Shown piece by piece: positions 1 through 10,443 of a DNA stretch of 41,172 nucleotides; position 1 is the first letter of the stretch; every line of letters begins with the position of its first letter. The position numbers and the translations under genes are program-made. The DNA lies in contig NC_068984.1 of the NCBI RefSeq assembly GCF_001194135.2, positions 17,427,607 through 17,468,778 of the forward strand. Direction: 5' to 3'. The DNA is from Octopus bimaculoides (taxonomy: Eukaryota). Below the pieces are notes generated by a model. That model had not been told where the DNA came from. It made no database searches and saw nothing but the letters and a program-made list of their open reading frames with translations.

Positions 1-333
1 GTACCATCCTGAGCATGACCGTTGCCAGTACCACCTGACTGGCCTTGTAGGGTTTTCGAGCGAGATCGTTGCCAGTGCCCCTGGACTGGCTCTTGTGCGG
101 GTGGCACATAAAAGACACCATTTCGAGCGTGGCCGTTTTCGTGCGGGTGACACGTAAAAGCACCCACTACACTCTCTGAGTGGTTGGCGTTAGGAAGGGC
201 ATCCAGCTGTAGAAACTCTGCCAAATTAGATTGGAGCCTGGTGTAGCCATCCGGTTGCACCAGTCCTCAGTCAAATCGTCCAACCCATGCTAGCATGGAA
301 AGCGGACGTTAAACGATGATGATGATGATGATG
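1..333 (+). mobile_element. SINE family A, 3' part (RTE-type tail ending in (GAT)n)
   Basis: GGCGTTAGGAAGGGCATCCAGCTGTAGAAA core and GCATGGAAAGCGGACGTTAAACGATGATGAT tail; homologous copies recur at about 11.8, 18.3, 19.1 and 23.7 kb. Confidence 0.75.
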
Positions 334-446
334 ATATATATTGTTGTATTTGGGGATGGTCATGTTGCCAGTTTAGCCAACGAAAACACACGCACTGTAT
401 ATTTGGTGTTTGCTTGCTTCAACTTTATTTCATATTAATTGTATTT

Positions 447-492
447 TGGCCAGAGTTCTTTTGTCACACTTCTGTGACCTCATCAGTGGTCC
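447..492 (-). ncRNA. Minimal type I hammerhead-ribozyme motif, probably inactivated
   Basis: Minus strand GGACCA-CTGATGA-G-GTCACA/GAAG/TGTGAC-AAAA-GAACTC-TGGCC: intact CUGAUGA, perfect 6-bp stem II, stem I CCA/TGG, tiny stem III; GAAA appears as AAAA. Confidence 0.5.
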
Positions 493-678
493 TTTGCTTT
501 CTTCTTTCGTTTTATTTGTATTAATTTAATTTAATTTAATTTATTTCATTGTATTTTGTTTATGTATATAATTATTTAATTCCATTTATTTATCTGTCTA
601 TTGTATTAGTTTCATATTATTATTAGTTTATGGGGATCTTATTCTGTCATAGGTTGTGACATGTGGGGGAGTTGTGCT

Positions 679-1155
679 TCATTCTAGTTTTCTATTTAGG
701 CTAGGTTTATCTTCTATTATGTGTGTAGCTTTTGTAATTTGTCTAAGTGTTGCATCCATTCTATGTGTGGGCAAGATTTTAACTTCTATATTGTTAAGTG
801 AGCCCCCGTGTTCCCACTCGGCTTTCTGGTATAGAACCGATGAGCTCTTCTCTTCCTTAAGTTCCCTCCAATGCTCATTTACCTGCTCTTCTATTCTCTG
901 TGCTGTCTCCCCTACATACATCATTGTCTTGTTTCTGCACCGTCCCTCTGTACATCTTATTCTATAGACTACATTCCAAGCTTTACAGTTTGTTTGTGGG
1001 CTAAATCTACATACAATACAGTTTCTATCAATACAGGATATTTTTTTGAAAGGGCAGGTTCTACTGATTAGGGATTTGACATGGTTACCTGGCCTTTCTA
1101 CAACCTTAATTCTTAGCTTAAGCTTGTCTAGGACCCTTCTGAAGTGGTACGCCAC
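679..1155 (-). pseudogene. GIY-YIG endonuclease domain of PLE1
   Basis: C..C..C linker, then NVVYRIRC...MYVGETA..IEEQVNEH, ending KPSLNRKLE*: the PLE GIY-YIG pattern (VVY/YVG). Confidence 0.85.
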
Positions 1156-1510
1156 TTCACCTCAAGGGGTGGTGTCGACAAACATGACACTCTGGTATTT
1201 GTGGCTATCATACCATGAGCTGGCTTTCCTATTTTCTTCTTAGTCCTTTGAATGGTATTCCATGACTTGCTCCTATAGAGTGGGCAAATCCCATTCTTAT
1301 TGTTACGTATGATAGATTCAAATTTCCTCAAGGCTCCTTTACACACTCTGATCCTTTCTCTATGGTTGTATCCCGAGAACTGCATGCAGTGAATGAAGTG
1401 TTGTATGTGTCTCTTTAACTCTGTAGGGTCGCACATGTGGGACACATTTCTCATTACTCTGATGAGGTCTGCCATCAATATATTGAAATTGGCATTGTTC
1501 GCGATAGCTG
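1128..1510 (-). pseudogene. PLE1 reverse transcriptase C-terminal (thumb/linker) fragment
   Basis: NILMADLIRVMRNVS...MQFSGYNHRERIRV..GALRKF...PLYRSKSWN resembles PLE RT C-termini; frameshift into the endonuclease. Confidence 0.7.
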
Positions 1511-1720
1511 ATACAACATCTGTTTCAACACAAATTCACATCAAGAATCTTGCGAAACGAATATATATATATCTTCGAAACGCCAGTGTTATAATGGTGG
1601 CAGCTGATGAAGGATATGTTCTCTATGTGGCCTGTGTGTTTTTTGTACCTTGTTTATCATTTTGTCCATGTTTTTTGCAACGTCATGTACCCAGATATGC
1701 ATCTATATATACATGTAGAT
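1511..1720 (+). mobile_element. Inverted pLTR-type segment at the 5' end of PLE1
   Basis: ATACAACA..GTTTCAAC..TTCACATCAAGAATCTTGC matches 2764-2811, which in turn matches the minus strand of 337-395; contains GAAAC (1577) and CTGATGA (1604). Confidence 0.45.
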
Positions 1721-1759
1721 GAAGGTATGTACATACATGTACATATATATGCATATATT

Positions 1760-1765
<6 letters not shown>

Positions 1766-1804
<39 letters not shown>

Positions 1805-1820
1805 TATACACACACACACA
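1766..1820. repeat. (TA)n/(CA)n microsatellite
   Basis: Direct inspection. Confidence 0.95.
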
Positions 1821-2344
1821 GTTACACCCTCCATCCACCCACCACATATATATAAAACAAAATTTTATCATGATAAATGGTCTCTTTCCAGAAACACGAT
1901 ATGACATTTTATGAGGGTGGAGTTACTTCAAATTTCAAATAATCACTACTTCAAGTAATCAGACATTTGATCTTTCAATATATTTTTTTCACATTATTCA
2001 ATACCTTTCTCAAAATACTTTATTGCTTTGGCTGTTTAGTTGAAGATATGCTGTCAAATGGACTTAAAATCTTCTCCATATTCTTATACATCTTTCTTCT
2101 CTATGTGTTTTATTAGAGTGTATACAGTCTATTTTGGTATATCTTGAAGAATCATAATGCCAATGATAAACAGCAATTTGATAAATTAATCGTTCAGTCA
2201 ATCAACCAATCAGTTAGATTTGTTAAAGTCATTTTCATCGGCATTCACAACCTCATCAATAACAAGCTCTCTCTATACCGGGGCTGCTTAATTAATTTCT
2301 TCATCACCCCTCCCCCGCGCTCTCCTCCTCCTCCTCCTCCTCCT

Positions 2345-2700
2345 CATCATCATCATAATTTAATATCCGTTTATCATGCTGGCATGGGTCAGATGATTTG
2401 ACAGGAGCTGGCAAGGCCAGAAGCCACACCAGATACCATAGTTTGCTTTGGTTTGGATGTCCTCACTAATGCCAACCACTTTACAGAGTGTACTGAGTGC
2501 TTTTTACATGGCACCAGCCCCAGTACCATTTATGAGGCACCAGCACCACTGCCTTTTATGTGGTACTAGCATCTGTGCCCTTCATGGGTAAACATGACCA
2601 AAGTGGTTTTCGGATATCAATCCTGTTCTGTCCTGTTGTGGTGAGTTGGTCATCTTTACTACAGCAATGCACCATATGTCTCAGTCCTTTGTCATCTCAA
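2345..2700 (-). mobile_element. SINE family A-related, diverged
   Basis: (CAT)n tail, CATGCTGGCATGGGT, CTAATGCCAACCACTTTACAGAGTGTACTG..TGCTTTTTAC. Confidence 0.55.
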
Positions 2701-2723
2701 TAAAAAACAAAGCGAAATAGAAC

Positions 2724-2815
2724 CAGTGCATGTGTCTAGTATTGGCAAAATGACCCACCCAAAATACAACAAAATATGTTTCAACTCATGAGTTCACATC
2801 AAGAATCTTGCAAAC
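2724..2815 (+). mobile_element. Solo fragment of the PLE1 terminal repeat
   Basis: Aligns by eye with the reverse complement of 337-395 and with 1511-1553. Confidence 0.45.
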
Positions 2816-3908
2816 CAAATGCAAAAATGAAATACACATGCTATCATTACATTCTTAAAACCTTTTATACACTTGGTTCTTGAATGGTGCGGCAGAGTGC
2901 ATTGAAGTACTGCAGAATTTGAAAAATGTAAGTTAAAGCTTCAGAAAATCCATACTGATGTTTTGAACCTTGCTGAAAAATATGCTATTCATTATTTTGT
3001 TATTCAAAAATATGATAAATAACAGAAAATAGACCATACTTTTCTATTTTTCCCCCGCACAAACTTTAACCTAAAATAATTTAAAAAAAGATAAAACTTT
3101 CCATATGAAGTGCACTAGTAATTTTTCATTTGATCTTCAAAAAATCAAAAAGTATACTACAAAATCAAACAGCTTAAGAACCTCTGCCTTATATTAACTA
3201 TCTCCCATCGAAATATCAAAAGAAATAATTTCCATTTTAGCTCTACCGCTTTCTATGGTTGTCCCTTTGCATTGATTTTTGGATTTATTAATTTTTCTCA
3301 TCATTTATGTAACAGGGAGAACAGTCTCATTACTGAAGAAGCTTTTATCTATTGGTCCAGTGAAAAGGGAACTGTGTGTTATGTGTTGTGCTATATAATC
3401 TATGAGAGGGTTTAGACTAGCCTTGGACAAGCCCTTTGACAAGTTGACAATGATTATGCATGTTTGCATATTATGCTTGCCTTCACCTTTAGATACAATA
3501 TCATGCTTATGCATAAATTTCTGTGTACAGATCCATGAATTTGAATATATATATATATATGTAAGGTAGAAAGTATGGTGGGTGATTACATGGGGTTGAA
3601 TTTATATGCAAAGAAATACAATGAAAAATACAGAAAATTTGTTTTACAAGACTAAAGAATATATTAGAATTATAGCAGAAGTATTATACAATATTGTACA
3701 ATTTAAGATTTTTTCTTCCAAATTAATAACCGGTTTTCAAATTTTGAGTTTTGGGTGCTATTCTGAATTAGACATTTTGTTTGCTAGGGGGAATAATTGG
3801 TAATCAAAGTATTTTTCAGTAAAGGGGAGGTAGATCTGTTATTTTTAATATTGGTCTACGTTTGATTCTGGCTTATATCTTACAATAGATGGGGTAAATC
3901 TTTAATTT

Positions 3909-5200
3909 TCAATATGGGTTTATATTAAATTCTGGTTTATATCTTTTGATAAATGAGGCCTCTTTATTTAGTCGTACTTGCGTTGAGGTCCAAATAGTGA
4001 ATTGATATAATGGGAAGATTAGAAATTGTGATTGCAGTTGTTCTGCACATCTTTCAATGTGTTCACTGAGATATATCTGGCGATATTGTGGGGAAGATAT
4101 CGGTTGTCTGTGGACTGTAATCTTCATCTGATCGACTTCCTGTCAACCCTATATAGTTTTTATGGCAGCCCAAGCATCTGATTACATAAATGAGGTTTTT
4201 AGAGGTACAAGTGAAGTTGAATTTAATTTTGGATTTTTACCCTTGTCTAAAATGGAATTCTGATCCTTGCAAAAGACTGGGACATGTTCCACAATTAGGA
4301 TGACCACACCTTTTTACTCTTGCATCCATTATTCTTGAGAATAATTAGCATTTTTGAGGAATATTATTTAATGTCTTTGGTTGTTTACCACTTTTAATGA
4401 TTTTATGGGTACACAGAATTTCCTTCAGTCTGTGGTCCAAATGGAGTATTGGGAGATTTTGGACAATGATGTTAAATGTTTCTTTGTTTCTGGGGTTGTA
4501 TGTGGTGACATAAGGTAGTATTTTCTGAGTAGGTGCATCATTGTGTTCGACGTTTCTTAATGCTTTTATGTCGATCAATTTTGCACATTTAACCCCTTCA
4601 TTTATGAGCTGAATTAGGTAGTGGCTGTTCTGGAGTACAATTTTAAGCTCTTGAAATCTTAGTTCTCTGGTATTTTTCCAGATACTATAGTGCAAATCCT
4701 TCTTGCAATGTTGAAAGGGATATTTGTTTTGATATGTCTCAGGTGACATGAGCTAAATAATAGATATTGTTTAGCATTTGTGGTTTTGTAAAAAATGTCT
4801 GTTTCTATTTTTTGTTTATTTTTTTTAACTAGTATGTCTAGGAATGGGAGTTCCTCTTGGTTGTGTTCCATTGTAACTTGTATGTTGGTGTTAATGCTAT
4901 TAAGGAGTCTTTTGAACTCTAGGAGTTTATCTATGTTTTCATTCTACAGGACGAAGCGGTTGTCCAAAAATCTTTTCCAATTTTCTTTTATGTATTGGGA
5001 GAGAGGGTTTCCAAATTTTAAAAATGATTCTTAATATATTGTTATTTCTAAATAGCCCATTGTTAGGTTGGCAATGGTTGGGGCTGACCTGGTTCCCATG
5101 GTAATTCTGGATTTTTGGCAATAAACAGTGGTGTCAAACATGAAATGGCTGATTTGAAGGACAAATTTTATTGATCTGATTATGAAATCTTTGATGATCG
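3909..5200 (-). mobile_element. Penelope-like retroelement 2 (PLE2), decayed RT plus GIY-YIG
   Basis: Successive frameshifted motifs: MGTRSAPTIANLTMGYLE, WKRFLDN (catalytic DD degenerate), LPFLDIL..TDIFYK...SCH.RHIKTNIPFNIARRICTIV, LPYVTTYNPRN, TCTSKNLIYVIRC.GC.KNYIGLTG, EASFIKRYKPEFN. Confidence 0.85.
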
Positions 5201-5250
5201 ATTCTGGAAATCTTTGTTGATCAGTTCTGGACATCTTTGTTGATCAGATG
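5173..5250 (+). repeat. Three tandem 23-bp units plus a partial unit at the PLE2/mariner junction
   Basis: GATCTGATTATGAAATCTTTGAT / GATCGATTCTGGAAATCTTTGTT / GATCAGTTCTGGACATCTTTGTT / GATCAG. Confidence 0.8.
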
Positions 5251-6242
5251 TGGTTATTACACAGTAGACAATATCAAATTGGTTTGCAAAATTTTGTTCT
5301 TGTAACTTTGACCTCACAAATGAGCAATGCGGTCGACTAGAAACAGAGGTGGATAATGACGAACTGAAAGCCACCGTCGAGTCAGATCCATCTCAAAGTG
5401 CCCGTGAATTATTGTTGTTGTTTGGTGTTAGCAAGCAAACAATATTGACTCACCTAGTTCAAATCGGTAAAGTGAAAAAGTTGGATAAGTGGGTTCCACA
5501 TGAACTCAATGAAAATCAGAAACAGCAACGTTTGGAAGCCTTCATTATGCTACTTTCTTGTCGCAAAAATGAATCAATTTTTAATCGAATTGTAACATGT
5601 GATGAGAAATGGATCCAATACAACAATTGTAAATGTTCAGCACAATAGTTGAACAAAGACGAGCCACCAAAACAGTCCAAAAAGCAAAATTCATCAAAAG
5701 AAGCTGATGGTATGTATTTAGTGGTCTGGCGCAGGTATGATCTATTATGATTTCATTAAATCTGACTCATCAATCATGGCCGAAGTATACTGCAGCCAAC
5801 TGGACCAAATGATGCAGAAACTTACGAAAAAGAACACCAAGATTAGTCAACAGATCCATTCCTATTTTATTGCAAGACAATACCAGACCACACATCGCAA
5901 AAATGACATTGGTGAAACTACAGGAGTCGGAGTTGGAAGTTCTCCATCATCCACCATACTCACCTGATCTTGTCCCCACTGACTACCACTTCTTCCAGAA
6001 TTTGGATAACTTTTTGATAGGAAAAAATATTAATTCCGACGATGCTGTAAAACAGGCCTTCCAAGATTTTATTGACTCAAGATTGCCAGGCTTTTTAGTT
6101 CCAGGCTGGACAAGCTACTGCTGAAATGGCAAAAGTGTATTGACAATATGGGTGCATACTTTGATGGATAAAACTATTCCTTGCATTTATAAAACAGCAA
6201 ACTTTTTTCTTTTCTACAAATTTCATATTTGACGACCTAATA
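5246..6242 (+). mobile_element. Mariner (D,D34D) transposon relic, 5'-truncated, with 3' TIR and TA
   Basis: WFAKF, WVPHEL, IVTCDEKW, QDN-34 aa-D with HPPYSPDLVPTDYHFF; stops and frameshifts; ends ATTTGACGACCTAA+TA (6222-6242), reminiscent of Hsmar1-type TIRs. Confidence 0.9.
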
Positions 6243-6275
6243 ATAATTCTATTATTTGATATTTGCTTTTTCATT

Positions 6276-6476
6276 AGGTGGTAACTGGGAAAAATGCTTC
6301 ACAGCATCTCATCCATCATTATGCCTTGAGTTCCAAGTCTGCTGAGGTTGACTTTGCCTTTCATCCTTTCAAGGTTGATAAAATAAGTACCAGTTGAGTG
6401 CTGGGGTCAATGTAATTGATTTACCCACTACTTCTGAAATTGCTGGCTTTGTACCAAAATTTGAAACCATTATTTA
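6276..6476 (+). mobile_element. SINE family B (tRNA-like head)
   Basis: GAGGTTGACTTTGCCTTTCATCCTTTC..GATAAAATAAGTACCAGTTGAG..CTGGGGTCAATGTAAT core shared by six copies in the window. Confidence 0.7.
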
Positions 6477-6686
6477 GGTGGCGACCTGGCAGAATTGTTA
6501 GCACTAATGGCAAAACGGCATTTTGTCTGTTGTTACGTTCTGAGTTCAAAGTCTGTTGAGTTTGACTTTGCATTTCGTCCTTTAGGGATTGATAAAATAA
6601 GTACCAGTTGAACACTGGGGTCAATGTAATTGACTTAGCTCCTCCCCTCAAATTTCTGCCCTGTGACAAAATTTGAAATCAATATT
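6477..6686 (+). mobile_element. SINE family B, head-to-tail with the previous copy
   Basis: GGTGGCGACCTGGCAGAATTGTTAGC head, GTTCTGAGTTCAAA B-box-like motif, same core. Confidence 0.75.
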
Positions 6687-6950
6687 TGCTTTCTCATAAC
6701 AGAATTGGTTGAATGAGTCAGGAAAATTAATTCCTTTCCTCACCTTTGACCATTTTTTCACTTAGCTCTCAACATTGATCTCTCGCTTTCTAAATTCTCT
6801 TTCTTTTCCAAACCATCTCACCTTTACAGTCATGACAGAGTGTGTTTGATTTGAAGAAAATTTGAAGTTTTCTAACAATGTCAAAATTCCTTCACCATTT
6901 TCAGGTCCTCCTCCACCACCACCACCACCACCACCACCACCACCACCTAT
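6682..6950 (-). repeat. Unclassified repeat X, left arm of an inverted pair; contains a (CCA)n expansion
   Basis: Reverse complement aligns by eye with 8224-8476. Confidence 0.7.
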
Positions 6951-7937
6951 CTGTACAAAGATGATGCATCTTTCTATGGCTAAATGGACATGCAAGTAAC
7001 ACACTGACATATTTGCCTGCTTGTCTGTCTTTTACAAATGATCTTATACTTCAGTGATAACCATAATTCATTCTTCTAGCTATCTTCATAAGTCTTAGTC
7101 ACAAACTGTTCTCATAGTTATATGCATGCACACATATTCATTAAAATATATTCTTATGTACACACATATATAACCAGAATAATGTTCATACTGAAATCTA
7201 TATTTTACAAAGCATGAAATTAGAGGGGAAATGCTTGAAAATGAAACTAGCTGAAAATTAACTGTTATCTTTTCTACAACTTAATGGTGGAATAGTGACT
7301 AATATTTGGATATTTAAGCAATTGAAATTGTCACTAGGATTCATCAAGTTTATCACCTCAAAGATCAAAGTGCTGTTAGCAGCAGACATTTTAAAATTTC
7401 TTTCTTTTAGCAAGTCTGGAAAGTTGAATCCATTATCATGATGAGTCAATATGAGTCAATGTTACAGAGAGAAGTTTAGATATTGGTAAACAGAATGCCA
7501 GTTTCTCATAGCAGTTCTAATAGAGTGGATTCTAGTGCCCATGTTCTTTACATGGTTTCACTGAAAATGGAGCTTGTGAAGATAACTTATTAAAATTTTC
7601 TGCAGTGTTGTGTAGGTAATAGCTGCAGAATTTAGTAGGTGATGCATTGAAGCAGAAAATATCTCTTTATCAGTATTAGTCAGTGTCTGATGCTAAATAG
7701 CTTTCAAATCTACAATGATAAATGTATTGGCTGTGATAATGATGGTAATATTCTTATTATTAGCAATGATAGCAGTTGTAATGGTTCTTGTGGGGATAGT
7801 ATTTGTGGTTGTAGAATAATATTGGTGGTGGTGGTGGTGGTGGTAATGGTTAGTGTTTTTGTTCATGATGCTGATGTCAGTGTTTATGGTTATATTAGTA
7901 AGAATATAAGTGAAAGAAATAATCCTTTTTTACAATA

Positions 7938-8132
7938 AATACAAAGCCTGACATTTTGGAGGAGTTAGTTGATTATATCAACCCCAGTCTTTGGTACTTA
8001 TTTTGCTGGACCTGATAGGATGAAAGACAAAGTTAAATTTGGAGAAATTAGAACTCAGAACATAGAGATGAAAGAAATACTGCTAAGAATTTTGTCTGGT
8101 GTGGTAAAGATTTTGGCAGCTCGTTGCCTTGG
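7938..8132 (-). mobile_element. SINE family B
   Basis: Reverse complement of the family B head and core (GGCAACGAGCTGCC.., GTTCTGAGTTC, AAGTACCA..ACTGGGGTTGAT). Confidence 0.65.
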
Positions 8133-8223
8133 CAAGTGGAAGAAATAATAGCAAAACTAATATGATCACATAGTACTGAACTCTACATTGATACATAGTG
8201 AGAAGTAATTAAGTTTAGTCATT

Positions 8224-8476
8224 CAGAGATGGTGGAACCAAAAATGGAGGTATACTGAAAATGGCATAGGAAATTTGACATTGTAAGAAAACTTCTAGTT
8301 TTCTTCAAATCAAAGAACATTCTGTCATGACTATAGAAGAGAGATGCTTTGAAAAAGAAAGGGAATCTAGAAGGAGACCTATTTTGAGAGTTAAGTAAGG
8401 AAATGACCAAAGGTGATGAAAAGAATTAATTTTGCTGGCTCATTCAACCAATACTGTCATGGGAAAAGCAGATATC
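8224..8476 (+). repeat. Unclassified repeat X, right arm
   Basis: CTGAAAATGG..TTGACATTG.AGAAAACTTC..TTTTCTTCAAATCAAA..TCTGTCATGACT..GAATTAATTTT..CTCATTCAACCAAT shared with the left arm. Confidence 0.7.
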
Positions 8477-8784
8477 AAAATGTTCTCTGAAGACGTTAAT
8501 ATGATAGAAGCAAAGATTAAATTGATATAAGAAGGGTAATGTTTGGAAAGATAAACGACTGGACTTTTGGCACAAGGAACACAATTTGAATACACCCCAA
8601 CACTGCATCATTATGAAAGATAATTAAACCTATTTTCATGGATGCTAGTGATATTGCTGTAAAATGGTTGGGATTTTGAATAAAAGGACCTCCAGAAAAT
8701 ATCTGTTTAGATTTTTAGCATTTACGACTACAACTTTGTGTAGGCAGGTGATGGTTACTAATCCACCTGTGGTAAGAACGATAT

Positions 8785-8799
8785 AAGTAGTAGTAGTAA

Positions 8800-8851
<52 letters not shown>

Positions 8852-8905
8852 AGTGGTAGTAGTCATAGTAGTAGTAGTAGTAGTAGTAGTGGTAGTAGTG
8901 TTACT
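8785..8905. repeat. (TAG)n/(TGG)n microsatellite
   Basis: Direct inspection. Confidence 0.95.
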
Positions 8906-9591
8906 AGTTCTATTTACAAATGTAAGAATATATGTTATACTGGCTTCAGTTACATTCATATTGAAAAAGACAATACCAATATTGTTAATACTGCTAACGT
9001 AGTTTCATAGAAAAATCAATGTGACAACAAATACCTGTCTGAAATCAGGAAATATAACTGAAAAGGCTTGTGAAATGAATACAGCAGATATCTAGGCATT
9101 GCACAGTTGTCATGCAAGGTATTCAATAGAAAAAGAATGGAAGTTCTTGTTTGGTCAGTAAATAAAGACAGCATTGGATAGGTAGTGTAACCAGTAGATA
9201 GACATGTAATACAGAGTGATTTTTGATTACATAATCATGTACAATTACTTTAGTACACTTGAGCCATTTCTACATAAAATAATTGTAATATGCCAAAACT
9301 GTTTATGTGGAAAAGTTAGACTCTGTTAAATGAGCAACTAATTCATTATTAGAAGTAGGGGTGGGAGTCGTGACTGGAAAATGACTGTAAATGGTTTTGA
9401 ATGCAAAGCATTTAGTAAACTATAATGCAAGTAATAGAGGATTAAAATCTTTGAAGCAAGACAGATATTTATAGACTGTGTTATAGTTAGTGCTACTGTT
9501 GTTGTTTGACCCCTGGTCAGCACTGATTTAGCAGCTTCATGGTTAAAGGCATTTCCAGCCATGAACATCCCTTTATTAATATGCTCGTTAC

Positions 9592-9648
9592 CATATTTGA
9601 GTTTGTAAAAAGTCATTCACTGCATTTTGTTTTGGAGAAAAATTCTCA
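9592..9648 (-). CDS. Candidate 57-nt internal exon (phase 2-2; ENFSPKQNAVNDFLQTQI), product unknown
   Basis: Strong acceptor TGTTTTTACCCCTTTTTCTCTACAG, donor ATG|GTAACG, a single open frame; no homology recognised. Confidence 0.3.
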
Positions 9649-9779
9649 CTGTAGAGAAAAAGGGGTAAAAACACCAGGTTCATTCAGAGTGCCCGCTCCC
9701 TAAATCGATGGTTGCATGCATTTCATAGCAGTTATCTTCTCTTCAGCATTGAACACTGAAAAGAGAGGTGACTCTAGAC

Positions 9780-10117
9780 CAGGGGTTCTCAACTATTTTT
9801 TTATCTATGGACTCCTTTGGTTATTATTTTATTCCAGTAGACCCCACCCAAAACCATTTGATGTTTAAAGATTAGTTTTATAGAATCTTCTTTCAAAATT
9901 CTTATTTTGTCTTTCACACATTAACTTGTGTAGGTTGAACTATGTAAAATGTTAGAGAAAGAAACCTAGCTGTTTCTTACATACCAATAAACACATCGAA
10001 AGCAAAATTTTTTCAGAGACCCTAAAATTGTGGATCCCTAATTTTCTATTTTGTTGACCCCCCCAAAATCTTATATAGACTCTCAGGAGCCATATGAATC
10101 CTGGTTGAGAACCAGTG
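9780..10117. mobile_element. hAT-type MITE with perfect 8-bp TSD
   Basis: TIRs CAGGGGTTCTCAAC / GTTGAGAACCAGTG; TSD CTCTAGAC at 9772-9779 and 10118-10125. Confidence 0.9.
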
Positions 10118-10222
10118 CTCTAGACTGACTATGAGACTAGGTGTCTCTTCTGAGATTGCAAAAAAAATACTGTGACCAATGGCACCAACTGGCTACCTGT
10201 CCATAGTAAAATACTGGCTTAA

Positions 10223-10443
10223 CCCTTTTGTTACCATATTTCTGGTGAGATGCTCTCTGTTTATTTCAATTATTTTAAATATAACAAAGAATTTAGTAAA
10301 ATAATTTAGTTATCATTATGCTTGTGTTAAGAACATAAATTGTGACTAAGGTTTGGTGGAAGATTTTAATTCAAAACTTATGAAAACAAGACATTTGTAC
10401 TACAGAGCCAGAAGTGGTTTTAGCCGGTTTGGTAATGAAAGGG
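10223..10443. mobile_element. piggyBac-type MITE
   Basis: TTAA-CCCTTTTGTTACC ... GGTAATGAAAGGG-TTAA (TTAA at 10219-10222 and 10444-10447). Confidence 0.85.

Larger units (their letters stand above)
337..1510 (-). mobile_element. Penelope-like retroelement 1 (PLE1), 5'-truncated: RT C-terminus, GIY-YIG endonuclease and 3' terminal repeat (pLTR)
   Basis: Frameshifted overlapping ORFs 1128-1478 and 679-1155, followed by an AT-rich 3' region containing a hammerhead-like core. Confidence 0.85.

Noticed and set aside
6902-6998. Plus-strand GPPPPPPP.. resembling a formin FH1 exon
   Set aside because: It is a (CCA)n expansion inside a dispersed repeat arm and hits a stop within about 30 codons
7441-7460. 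Tandem ATGAGTCAAT giving two AP-1 sites
   Set aside because: A simple 10-bp slippage duplication with no independent evidence of regulation
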